Program-made: the position numbers and the translations under genes | Part shown: piece by piece, positions 40,923 through 54,698 of the stretch | How the letters are laid out: every line of letters starts with the position of its first letter | How positions within the stretch are numbered: the stretch's first letter is position 1 | Assembly (NCBI GenBank): GCA_010093995.1 | Contig: ML992501.1 | Coordinates: 1,669,583-1,733,582 of the forward strand | DNA: 64,000 nucleotides | From: Elsinoe ampelina | Lineage: Eukaryota | Direction of reading: 5' to 3' | The notes under the pieces: generated by a model | Seen by the model: only the letters and a program-made list of their open reading frames with translations | Databases searched by the model: none | Told to the model about the DNA's origin: nothing

Positions 40923-42845
40923 GATAGAGAAAGCTAGGGCGCTACGCCTATACTATACCCTCTTTACTTTAGTATAATTCTATAGTTTTTACTACGCTAG
41001 CGTTCTCCCTATATAAGCTAATAATACTCTAAGCTAACCTAGCGCTATGCCTAGGTACTCTTTACTTTAAAATTTATACCTTTAACTTATTAATCCTAAG
41101 TATATCTAGAGTATTTAGCTAGCGCTATACTTACGCTAAGCTACCTCGTATTTATATAGTAATTCCTTAGCGTTTATAAGGTTTTTTGCCGGCTCCTATA
41201 TACTTTCTTCTATAGGGTAACTCTGCTACTTTACTAGGTAGTATAGCGTCTTTAGAGTGCTAGTATAGCTCTTATTAAAGATACATTTAATAATGTATTC
41301 TTCCTACCCTTCTACCTCTAGGGGCGGTAGGTATATACCCTTACTACGCCTATATAGCTCTAGTAGCGCAACGTTAAAGACGTTATAGATTAGCTTTATT
41401 TTATCTAGTAAGTGTAGCTTATATACCTACGTACTAATTCGTTATATAATTATAAACGGGCTAATATACTTAGCTAATAGCTTATAGCTAGGTCTAGTGC
41501 TATAAAGGTTCTTAGTACTAAGTATAACCTCGTTACTATCGTAGAAGACTTTTACTTATTAACCTTTATTATAGGCTAGTACTTAGTCTTCTTATACTTT
41601 ACGTAGGTATCGAGCAAGCTCCGTGCGTATTTTAGTAATAGATTATACTTAGTTATTAACTAACAGGTTATACGCTAGTACGTAGCTAGGTAGCGCTAGC
41701 GCCTTAATGTTATTAGGTAGATATATCTCTTATATAAATAAGAACTACACTAGCGTAGTATATAGTAATGCTTAATATATATTATTATATACGAATTGCG
41801 CCTACTTAACCTAGTATAGCTAGTCTGTCTAGTAATAGTCGATAAAGTAGCGTAGGTACTACTCTAGCGTCTAGTTTTGTCTTTCGGTTTAGCTGTCTAT
41901 CTATAGATAGAAACTAGTACTAAGCTTATGTTATGTCTTCTAGCGCTAGTATAGCGCACTCTAGAATTTGCTTATAAAGATAGACTCTCTATCTAAGACT
42001 AGTGTCTTTAGCGTTCCGAACAACGTTATAATATCTGTTTTAAATAGATTAGTAAAGTCTCTAGCGTTAAGCTTAGTTAACATCGGTATATAGATACTAA
42101 ACTTAGATAAGCAATAGATATATATAACAATTACGTCTATAATAACGCTAGGCCGGAGCTCTACCGGGAGTAAGCTAGTAATAAAATTAAGCATCTAGTG
42201 TTATAAGGCCTCGAGTATAGGTAGAATTAGCAAGGGTTATAGGAGGCTATAAGGCTTATACTACGTTGCCTTATACCTTTAGCAGCTATTATAGTGCTTA
42301 ATATACACTTTCGTAGCGATAGATATACCTAGCTACTAGTACTTTCTCCTTATATTAAAGTAGGTCTTTATATAGCTAAAGTAACTCTCTAAGGAGTTGT
42401 TATAATTATGCTATATAAGCTCTACTCTTAAGGTAGTTTCTTCTAGGATATATACCCTATCTCTATTCCGGAGTAAGCTATTACTAGATAGGCTCTACTT
42501 AGAGGTAGCACTATTACTAGTTAAGGTTATCTCTTTTAGAAGTTCTTATTTCTTACTATAAGTAAAGGTATCTCTTTACTATACTACGTAGATAAGGTCC
42601 TAGAGCGATATAGGAGTAGAAGAAGTATACGTAGTTTTGTCTACTAGTACTTATATAGCATAGAGGTACATAATCTACTAACCCTAGTCTAAAATTATAG
42701 TAGGCTTTCTACTAGAAGTATCCCGGAGTTATATAGGCGTTATACTATCTTTATGCCCTTAGCTCTCTATTATTTCCTAGGCGAGTAGCGGCACGTCCTA
42801 GAATACTAAGGTAAGCGTATATTGTTCTAATTTAATATTGCTAGT

Positions 42846-43047
42846 TATTAAGCGGAAGGCACGTTTAGGGGTAGTATATTGTATAGAACTAATCCGCACA
42901 CTAGTTAGGTAATAGACGAGTTAATTAATTAAGGAGTCTATCTACCGAAAGAAAGAATAGCTATAAATCCCTAAGACTTAGTATTACATAACCTATAGTT
43001 ATATAACCTTCGGGCCTAATTATCTAGAGAGAGCTATATTCTTAACA
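42846..43047. repeat. Solo LTR of a fifth family (E), 202 bp
   Basis: Absent from C1. Flanked by direct repeat CTAGT (42841-42845 / 43048-43052). Ends T[G>A]TTAAG...CTTAACA. Confidence 0.8.
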
Positions 43048-46000
43048 CTAGTTAGGCTTAGAGAAAGGTTTATATAAGTGCTCTTTAGGCGCTACTCTTC
43101 TTACTCTAGAGGCTCTAACTCTTCTTAGTATAGCTATAGCGCTCCTAAGGTAATAGGTAGACTTATAGGCGCTATTCTAGGGGCATACTAGAATTATATA
43201 AGTGCGTTATATTAGGGAGTAGTTTAAGGTATATAAGCTATACTAGCTTTATTACTATCTTCCTAAGCCCTACTAGCCTTAGGTTTCTTGTCTATAATAG
43301 ATATAGTTATAACTCCTTTGCTTTGTATTTATAACGCTTACTCTAAGAGAAGAACTAATATATAGCGCTCTTTCTATATATCTTCTTTATACTTATAGTA
43401 GTTAGGCCTACGTAATAGGCTATTAGCCGGGTTAGTCTTTCTACTATAGTGCTAGATAATAATATTAAACTACGCTAGTACCTTAGCATAGTAGGCCTAG
43501 CGCTATAAAAGCTTCTTAGTAGTTAGGAAATACCTAAGGTTATTATAGTTAGAGAGAACTTTAATCGAGGTAGTAGCGCTAAGTAAGTACTAGCGCTAGT
43601 GCTACGCTGCTTCTATAATAGTAAGAAGCTCTTTGTCGTAGGTAGTGTAGTTTAGTTCTATACCTTATAGCTTCCGGGACTAGAACGCTATAGAGTGCTA
43701 GTGTTATATAGGAGTGTCGCCTTTGTTTTACTAGGAGATTACTCTAGAGAGTATAAAATCTAAAGCGTTAGTCTCGAGCTAGAGGGGCTTACCTAATAAA
43801 AAGTAGTATAGTATAGGCACTTACGTAAAGGCAGCTTTAAGTCTATTAAAAGCCTACGCTACGTTATTACTCTATAGAAATAGGCCTACTTACTTTCCTT
43901 AGACTAACTCTTATATAAGTATAGTTAGTAGTAGTACTACGCGGAAGAAGCCCTTAATAAATTAATAGTAGAAATTAGTAAATCTAAGAAAGGTTTATAA
44001 CTCCTTAAGGCTAGTAGAGGTAGGCTAGTTAGTAATAGCTTATACCCGGGGCTACTCTATTATAACGCTATTACTACTAATAACGTAGCTTAGAAATACT
44101 ACCTATATTATCTTAAAGATATACTTCTTTAGTTTTATATAGAGGCTATTCTTACGTAGGTAGTCTAGTACACTCCTAATAGCTAAGTAATACTCTTACT
44201 TATCGCCGGCGTAGATTAGAATGTCGTCTAGGTATATAATATAGTAGTAGTCTACTAAGCTACTTAAGTACTAATATATATAAGCCTAGAACGTAGCTAG
44301 GGCATTAGTAAGGCTAAAAGGTATAATAGTATATTTAAAGTAGCTATAGTAACAGCGGAATACTGTCTTTTATTTATCGCTATACTAGATATATACTCTA
44401 TAGTAGGTATCTATAAGGTCTAGCTTACTAAATAAGTATATACCCTCGATATAATTAAGTATCTTAGCAATTAGAGGTAAGAGGTAACAGTTCTTAATAG
44501 TAATATTATTTAGCCTATAATAGTTAATATATAGGCGTAGCGAACTATCCTTCTTAAGAACAAATAGAATAGAAGACCCCGTAGAGCTAGTACTATACTA
44601 GAGTCGGCCCGTTACTAAGCTATTATCTATATACTCTTAAAGTACCTAAAGCTCCTTCTCGCTAAGGGAGTAAATAGGTCTCTAGAGTAGCTATTTCCCC
44701 TCTTTAATATTAATAGAGTAAGTAAAACTATTACTTAGTAGCGCTATTACTACGCTCTTATTAAAAACGTCTATATAGTTATTAAGCTAGTATAGTAGAG
44801 TTAGGGCGCTAGGTTCGTCCTAGTATATATATACTAGGTAGAGCTAGGCGTTAGGCTAATTTAGCTCCTAGGAGAAGAAGACATCTAGGATCGACACCTA
44901 TATAGCGCTAGTATAATGCCTCTATATACTAGCGCTCTACTAAATCTTAGAGTTGTAGAATAATAGCTATAGTAGGCCTAATACAAGATTGTAACTAGTT
45001 ATATTAATGCTTTTAAATCGCTAGTATAATACCTACGTTATTTCTTTGCTGTCCTTAATAGTAAAGGCTAACTTAGTATATCTATAGGTAGTTAATTCGT
45101 GTTTGTCTAAGCTACGCACCTAGTATACTACTAGAGAGTTAATAGCGATATAAAAGCGCATAGCAAAATACTAGCTAATAAAGTTACTATCGGCGCTACT
45201 ATCTATTAGAGCTACCTCTTTAATAGGGCCTTTAGGTAGGTTAACTATAATGTCGGTGCGAATTTAGTATATATCCTACATTACGCTAGAGCTACTTAGG
45301 ATTAGTAAATATAAGGACAGTATCCGTTTTAAAGAGTTCTTCTAGGGATAGTTTAGCGCCTAATAGTCTAGGCTCTTATAGATATTATAAGAGTAAGTAG
45401 CGCTAGGTTAGAGAGCTATAGGGGTAGCGTTAGCGCTACTCTACTAGTCCTTTTAGCCCTTATAGTCTTTGTTATAGTAAGGCCTTTTAGCAAAAGTATT
45501 AGTCTTCTCTCTAGTGTTATACTTATACTACCTCTATATAGGGTCGAAGTAGCCTAGTAGGTTCTACTCTAAACGGGATAGATATACTAGAAGTTCTACC
45601 TTAATTAGGGGTAGGTTCCCCTAACGGAGTACTTCTAAGCGTAGCTCTAGTATAGTATAGGCGATAAGCTATATATAGTAAGCATTGTCTAGGAGTAGTA
45701 CTATCTTAATATAGAACCTATAACTATTAAGAAACGTACAGAAATTAGTAATTAACTATTCTCTATACTAGCGCGACGTAAAGAACTTTACTACGTAGCT
45801 ATTACTACAGTTCTTAGAACTCTAGGCTTAGTCCTAAAGCTAGGACTATATTAGGCTCTACGAGGGTATAACGCTAGCGCTCTTAGTATATAAGTCCTAA
45901 TTGTAGCTAAGCTAACCTTTTAAGTAGCTAGTAGCTATATAGCACTAAGTAACTTCTTTAAAGTAGATATTTAGTACTATCTTAAAGACGTTATTATACA

Positions 46001-46799
46001 TATATATAAATTCCTTAACTCTTACTATAATAGTAGACTCTAAGGCCTCGAGGTAGTATAAGTTTAGTATATACTCTCTTACGATTTATAGGTTTATTAG
46101 GTAAATATTGTTAGGTTATATGTTATTAAAACAACTACGTAGTACTAGCGCTACAACTAGGGAGTAACTACTAAGTATATTTTTAAGCTAAGTAATATAA
46201 GTAAGAAGCGCTTTATATATAGTATTATTTCCTATGTCGGCTATGCTTCCTATAGGAGCTATATTAGCGTAGTATAGTCTTAGCACTAGCCCTTCTCTAG
46301 CCTAGTAATCTTTAATAGGGATTGTCTCTAGGGTTATAGCTAATTTAGTAAATGTCTCGCTAATAGCTAATGTTACTATATAGTTAACCGAAGCTTACGT
46401 AGTATAAAGCTTAGCGTATAATATATAACCTAAGATAGCTTTCTATAGCAAATATTATATAACTATGTCTTAATACACTTTTTATTACTAACTATTACAG
46501 TTTATATAACATTTAGTAGCACTAACTTAAGATCTAGTCCTTTAGCTACAACCTATTACTCTAGGTTAGTTAAGCATAAGTTTAACCCTAATCGACCCTA
46601 GAGACTCTACTAACTAGTAGCTATTAAGGGACTATCTACTAGTTGTGTATTATTAGTTATTTTTATTAAGAGCAACCTCTAAGAGGCGTATAGAGTTTAT
46701 TAATAACACCTTTTGTTAAGTCTATTAATAAAACTCTAAGTAACTTATACCTAGTAACTGCTAGGAGCTACTAACCTAGCTTTAATAACTAGTAAGAAG

Positions 46800-49700
46800 G
46801 TAGTATAACCTCTAAGAAGGCAACTCTTAAGTTTATTATTAACTTTCTAAAGGGAAGTATTATAACTACTAGACATCGATTAAGTTCGATTATTAACACT
46901 AGTTAAACCTCTAGAGAATTTACTTAAACTCTCTAACTACTTAGTTGCTTTTGCTAAAAGCGGCCTAGTAAATAGAGTTAATTTAGCCTATAGTTCTACT
47001 CTTCGACTTACGAACCTTCTTATTAAATAGCACCTAATAGTAGTCGAAGGAAATATATAGAGTTATACTTATCTTTATAACTAATATCTATTAGGCTACC
47101 TAGAAGGCTAGTTACATTATAGATTATTGTTAAATATAGCTATTTACACGTATAGAGCATAAGCTACGGCTTATATTAACTAACTTTAAAGCTTAGATAG
47201 TATTTCACCGATAGAACCTCTAACTTAACTACATACTTCGAGCGTAAATAGCGAAGACTCTTAAGTATAGTCTTAGCCTCCGTAGTTAGCGGTAAGACTA
47301 GCGGACACTCCTTAAGAAGCCTATACTAACAATAGTTAAACGTAATAACTAGAGTAACTAGAGTCTCGTCTAGAGACACTATAACCTTTTTAAAGACGCT
47401 TAGCTATTCTATATATACTAGTAAGAGAGAAGCTATAGAAATTAGTTCTATATACTCTAGTCCTAGGGGAATATCCCTAATTAATCTCTAGAGCCTCTAG
47501 ACATTCCGTAAGCAACTCTCCTATACTAATAGTAATACCCGAGTAACTCGACAATATAGTTATGTATATTCTAGACGATTTAACCGGACACTCGAGTGTT
47601 GCGAGCGAATAGCGCACTAAGATAGTTACTCTATCTCGGGCTATGTTATAAGCTCTACCTATAGTAACCTAGATAGTTAAATAACCTCTAGAAGCTAAAA
47701 TTAGAAAGCGATAGTTAAGGGATAACCGCTCCGACGAAATAGTCTCTAATCTTAACTATCTAGGGCACTAACGTAGAATTAGCTATTAAAGGACTATCTC
47801 CTAAAGATTAGTATATATAGTTCTAGAGGAAGATAACCTTTTCGTATTCTTCCCTCGAGCCTAATAACGTACACTAGAGCCTCCTCTATTAGTTAAGCCT
47901 CCTTTAGAGTTTTAATAAGTAGCTATAGAAGAACTCTCTACTGCCTTAAGGTAAGCTTTTTCTATAATAATATAAGCTTAACTTAACGCCCTTTAAGGTT
48001 TTACTTTAAGGATAGTTAAGAACGAACACTATTAAGCTATAGTAGAGACACTTACTACTTAATAGCAACAACGTAATAGGCACTTTAAACGCCTTATAGT
48101 AGCCGGCCTACTCTCCTAGGACGCCTAGGTATAGTAAGAACTAACTAACTAACCTAGCTAAGATTAACTAGTATAAGATTAACTCTAAGTCTATACTAGT
48201 AAAGCTCCTACCCTAGACAATAACGATAGAGGAAACAATTGTTCCTTACTCTATAACGATTGTATCGACTAATACTATTTAGACCGAAACGACTATAGCT
48301 ACGTAGATAACTATAACTACAATAATTAACGCCGCTATAAGAAAAACACTAGGCGGAACTAAGCTTATAACTTATAATAACTAATAGACTAGCGCTATAG
48401 AGAGTTAGATCGCTTCTATTATAACAGCTGTTATAAGAGAAAGAACAAACAATAACGAGCCTAAGGTAACTACTCGGTATACTATAACGTTAATGCCTAA
48501 TATCTAGCTAGTATATACTATACTAACTCTAAAGAGGAGGTAGTTAACTTCTACCGTAACTGTACTAGAGTAGAGACACCTCTAAACAACTATACCTGTC
48601 CCTTAGTTCCGCTACTATCGCCCCCTAGGGATAATAGGCGTAGTAGAGGACGGCGTAATAACTATAGAGAGTATTATAACGACAACTATAACTAAAGAGA
48701 AGACTACCGCTACTACTACGACGCTAACTATAGTAGGCGGAATTGCCTTAACTATTATCTAAATAATTTAGATAATAACTTGTCGACGGATAAAGAAGAT
48801 AACTAATTTACAACTTATAGGCACTACTCCTATAAATTTATCGCTATAGAAATTAAATACTTTAACTCTAACATGTAATCTATAGACTAGAATCTAGTTA
48901 TAACTACTAATAACGCTATAGTTTTTATAAACGTTTATAGCTTTATAGACGTAGTTAAGGATTTTATCGAGTATAACGACTTTTACTTAGTTAGGCACTA
49001 GCTTAACTATTACTTCTAAGGCCGAGCTTATACTTAGTTTATTAACGAGCTTTCTAAGAGCAACTATAGGTAAGTTTATAAGGGCTATAGTATCGAACGT
49101 TAGCGTGACCTCCTTATAACTAAATTTAAGATAGATTTTAGTACTGCCTATAAGCTATTAATAAAGAAGAGGTTTAGTATAGTATAGGTTAATAACTATA
49201 AGAACCTAGCCGACTATATTTATATAGTAGTTAGTCTTACAAGGGATGCCGGTATAGAGTTAGATAAGATAGTACTCCTTTAAGCTTAGTTCGGACTAGA
49301 TCTTAACCTCTAGCTCTATATTACTTGTCCTAACTATAAGACAACTATTAACGCCTTCGTAAGAAAGATAGAATTTGTTCTTCTAACCTAGCGTACTATT
49401 AGTAAGTCTAAGAGCAACTCTTAGTACCTTACTAGATATACTAGACCTAGACAATAGTTCGGACCTAACTGCTAGTAAGGTCGCCCCCTATTTATTCCTA
49501 ATAATAACTAGTATTGTTAGCTATATAGGCCTAACAATAGTAGTACCTATAACAATGCTAGTAGAAGTAACAATTCTAGTAACTATAATAGTTATAATAG
49601 TAACAATTATAGTAGGGGCAACTATATCTCTAAGTTACCTTATGCACTATATAACTAGTAGAACAGATTCTAGAATAACGCCTACGCCCCTTACTAATTC

Positions 49701-52700
49701 TAGTCTAATAGAAGTAGAAATGCTCTAAGGTAGTCTTCTAACTAGAATAACTATAGTTAGAGATATCCGAACTAGGGCAACTAAGGCCTAAGAAGCGGCT
49801 AAGGGCCTAACGGACCTAACTAAGGCCCTTTAAACCCTAGCTAACAATTCCGTAGTCTACTACTAGTAAGCTAGACGACCTACCCTAGGAATAGCTCTAA
49901 TAACAACTCTGCGGCCTATAACCTAAACTATAGGCGTTAGTATACTAACCTAGTAGACATATAGGACGTAGCGTTAAAAACAAAGCTAGAAGTAGGTAGG
50001 CCGACTTCCGCTAATAATATAATTAGTCTAGGACTAGTAGTCGATTACTAGCTAGGCCTAACTCTAGCCTATTTCGAGAGACAAGTAACTAACTATAGTA
50101 TAGACAAAGGGGGCGTAGCTAATCTAAAATAGGTTAACTATAGTTAGAAGAATAAGTATAGGCTAAATAATAGATCTAGAGGACTAGGGAGCTAGGAGTT
50201 TATTAACTACAACGAGGCTAGTAGCTATCCTTAGTATAAGCATAAGATTAATAAATAGTGTTTTAGTTATAATATTACTCTAGTAGAAAGTATAACTACC
50301 TAGTTCTCCGAGTAGAAGCTACTAGACGTTCTAGCGAATATAGACACTAACGTTAGACTACGAGAAATTACTATATAGCTCTACTAGAAGAAATATAAGT
50401 AACTACTAAAGCAACTACGTTACGCGATCGGATAGTAACCCTAAGGGGATACAAATAAAGAGCTAATCGTTAAACTCTAAGACTAGTAGGACATTGCTAG
50501 TTATAGCTTTCGTAGTTAGTACTACCTCTAGGCCTTAGTTAAGTTCTCTAAATAAGGAGAAGAGCGTCTAGTCTACCTCGATATAGGAGCCTTAGGATTC
50601 TATATCGACAAGGACCTAGTAAAGCTTCTTAGGCTAGCCTTATAACTACTTTAACAACTGTTAGAAGTTAAGGGAGTAGTAGGTATAAGAGTAGCTAAAC
50701 ATTTTATTATAGTTCTCCTTTTCCTTCTTAGTTAGAGAAATAGTCTCTATTATAGTCTATAAACTATAATACTATACCTAGTAATACTAAATCTTCCCCT
50801 AGGAATCCTAGTAGAGATAGACATTATTAGACTACTTAGCTTAATAATTAACATACAAGATTAAACCCTCTTAGTGCCTAAGGTAGATAGTTAGCTTATA
50901 GCTATTTAGGTGAACTATAAGTAACTAAAGGAACTCCCGATGCTATTAAGAGCTAGAAAGGTAGTTAAACTACCCCTAAGAACTATAGCTTACGTATAAA
51001 TCTCCTAGGACAACTATAGCGCTCTCGACTAAATTTCCTAGGGAACTAACTAAGGTAACCTTAAGCTTATTCCGAACTAGCATAGATTTAGGAAATCTAA
51101 CTATAACTCCTTAGCTAGAGCTATAACCTACATATGCATTGCTAATGTAAATCTAGAAGGTATATAGGTATATAACGACACTAATGTATTTATTATAATA
51201 CTAGTAAATGCCTAACTTAGAGTCCTACGCCTATATAACTACAATAGAGCGTACTAGGTTAATAAAGACTATACTCTAGAAGCGCTTTTAGGAAAAGAGC
51301 AACTAGAAAGAAATACATAACCTCTCCTAGACTAAGATATTATAGAGGGGCTAGATAAACTACTAATAGTCTAACTAACTACAATAGAGGTAAAGTTACT
51401 AAATAGAATTACGATATACGTAGAAGAACTATAAGTAGTAGCGTAACTTACAGCTCTTATAGAAAAATATAACGAGTTATAGATAAATAAGAGTATAATA
51501 GTTAATCTTCTAGAAAGCGAGAGAATAGAGATACTATTAATTAAAGGCTAGAAAAGAGAGGTATTAACAATATTAACTCGCCTCTACCTACTAAGCGCTC
51601 TAGCTAGACGAGTTATTAATAATACTTTTAACAAACTCTATATAGAAGGTAAGATATAGTTTATAACTTGCCTAACGCCTTTTAGGTTCCTAGTCTTTAT
51701 AGTATAGAAGGACGTCCTAGTTAATAAGAAGCTAGAACGGAAAGGTAGACTAGTAGTTAACATTCGTAGCCTTAATAAGATTAGTTAAAAGGACAGCTAC
51801 CCCGTTCCTTTATAGTTAGACCTAATCGCGGCCCTACGTAGTATAAAGTATATTATAACTATAGATATAGTTATATTCTTCTACTAATAGTTAACTAAGG
51901 AGAGTAAAAGGTATAAGTTTATAGTAAATACTTACTATAGACAAGAGTAATTCCTTATAGCTCTAATAGGTTAGAGTAGTAGTATATAGTACGTCTAATA
52001 GATACTTAATAAGATCCTATAGAAATTATAGCGATTTTGCTAAGCCTATATAGATAATATTATTATTTTTAGTATAACTATTAAGGAATACATAGAACAT
52101 CTAGAACTTGTCTACTTAACCTTACTTATATACCGAATTAGTATTAGCCCTAAAAAGACCTTTATAGGCTACCTATTAGTCTTACTACTCGGCTAATAGA
52201 TGTTAGGCCTAGGTATATCGATATAGGAGAAACGACTAAAAGCTATCCTAGCACTAGAGTTCCTAAAGAACCTAAAAGACCTAGAGCACTACCTTAGGTT
52301 AACTAGATTTATATAGCTGTATATTCCCTACTACGCTTAGATTGTTAAACCGCTATAGAAGAAGAAAACACAACTACTAAAAGTAAGTCTAAGTACTAAA
52401 GGTAACCTATAGAAAAGGTATACGGAAAAAACAATAGTTAAGTAAGACAATAAGAAGACTTATAAGGCCTTTAAGACGCTCTAGAACTAGTTCCGTAACT
52501 GCTTATTCCTACGACACTCTAACTCTAATTAATAATTATATATCGATATAGATACGTCTAGGGTTAGAATTAGAGCACTTATTTACATAGTTAAGGGAGA
52601 CCCTTAACCTATTATAGAGGACAGTAAAGTAATAAAGTTTAAAGCTAAGAACGTAGAACTAGTAATATTCTTAAGTAAGGCCTTAATAGATATAGAGACG

Positions 52701-54698
52701 CGTTACTAGCCTACGGAACTTGAAATAGCTAGACTAGTTTAGGTTGTCTATAAGGTCTACTATATAATTAAAGGCAGTAAAAAGAATATCTTTATCTTTA
52801 CGGACTATTACGCTATAATAGCTATTTTAAAACAATATAGCCTAATAACTACGACTTTAACTAATAAGCTTAACCTTAAATTAGTATACGTAGCTAACTA
52901 CCTATTGTAGTTTAGGCTCGACGTCCGATATAGACTAGGGAGGATATACAAAATCCTAGATGCATTAAGCTAGTTAATATTTAATTCCTTTAAAGAAGAG
53001 ATCGCCGGGGACGTAACTAAGGAGGTTCTCGACTCTTTCTCTTACATATTTTACTCTATACTAGTTAAACTAGATAAAGACTTTAAGAAGGAACTTAAAG
53101 CTAGCCTTTTAAGGGAGAATAGTTAGACAAAGACTCTCGAATCAGTTAAGCTAGCAGAGGAAAAGAGAAGTTAACTAGCTAAAGAATAACCTATAGAAAA
53201 AAACATAGTATAGATTAACTATCCCTTCTTTTAGAAAGACAATTTACTCTATTATAAGGACTCTACGGATAGAAGAGAGAGGTTATGTATTCCGGAGTGC
53301 CTTAAAAAGGAACTATTCTAATAAGCGTACGACAACTGTTTCTATTTAGGCTTTAACTATATATATAACTAACTTATAGTATTCGTATATATAAAGAACC
53401 TAAGTCGTAAGCTTAGAAGGTATATTAGACATTGTTACACTTATTTATTAAACAAGCTACCTCGTTATAAGCCTAATAGTTAACTTTAACCTATTCTAGT
53501 TCTAAATATACCTTACTATATAGTTGTAGCTAATTTTGTTATAGAACTACTAATAACCCTAGATAGTTACGACAAACTAATAATATAAACCTATAAGGTA
53601 AGTAAATGTATCTTATTTATAAAGGGCAGGTTAACTTAGATAGCTATAGAATAGAGCGCGGCCTAGGTTAATTAGATAGAGTAGTATAAGTAGAGGTTTC
53701 CCTTTTAGTTTATCTCTAATAGAGATCTTCTTTTTCTATCGGGATTCTAGAAAGGGGTATTCTACCGAATAGAAGTCTAAATGCTTATAGTAATAGCCTA
53801 GTACCTATAGATAGACAGACAATTAGAAAGGACTAACTAAATAGTAGAGATAGCTATTAGGTACTACTATACCGATTAACTAGAGTCTAGTTAAGATTCC
53901 TGCCTTAACCGATTATAAGCTATAATAAATAATAGCTATAACATAAGTATAAGTATATTACCTAATAAGTACCTCTTTAGGAGCAAACTAAACTTTAATT
54001 TAGTAAACTAATTAGACAGCTTACTAGAGGGAGACTTAGTTACAATAAGACAGCAAAATCGCTAGTTAGTAGAAGATACGCTATGCTTTACACAAATAAT
54101 ATAGAAATAACATTATAACGAGAAACATAAAGACGTTAAGTTTTAACTAGGGGACAAGGTTTATTTAAGGCTCTACTATAGATATAAGGTTCTAGGACAA
54201 TTAAAGAAATTAGACAATTAGTTCGCTAGCTCTTTTACTATCGAACAAAGAGTTAGATATATAGCATACAAGTTAGAAATAATAGGTAGACTAAAAAATG
54301 TCTACCTAGTTATTATAGTTTAATAACTAGAACTAGCGCCGAAAGAGAAAGACCTATATAACTATAAGGTTGCGGACTATACTTAGCTAGGGCTAGTAGA
54401 GACTCCTAACAAGGTTATAGATAATAACGATTCTTATAAAATTAAAGTACTAGTTAATAAACGCGTAGTAATAAGAAAGGGAAAAGCGCATACTTAATAT
54501 TTAGTTAAATAGAAAGGATATAGCCTATAGAACAATATATAGTATAATATTAAAGACTTAAGGGACGTAACTAGCCTTATATAAGACTACGAACGCCGCT
54601 ATCTATACTAAAGACTTGTCGTTAGAGAGTATAGCTACTAAAGACAATAACTAAAATCTAAGTTCGAGCAAAAGGAGTTAGCCTTAGCCGATGCCTAA
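46800..54698 (+). pseudogene. D gag-pol, single frame, RIP-inactivated (ends approximate)
   Basis: One frame carries gag-like EIEYFD...VF.DVY.F.D ~48850, CLDTGA ~50574, FPVFVVW...KGRPVVDIRGLN ~51690-51780, YVDD ~52047, RYWPTELE ~52700, integrase and chromodomain ~54435-54600. Confidence 0.8.

Noticed and set aside
41961..42194. 77-aa minus ORF (LNFITSLLP...LVLDRESIFISKF)
   Set aside because: A stop-free fragment of the C2 integrase core, not a separate gene.
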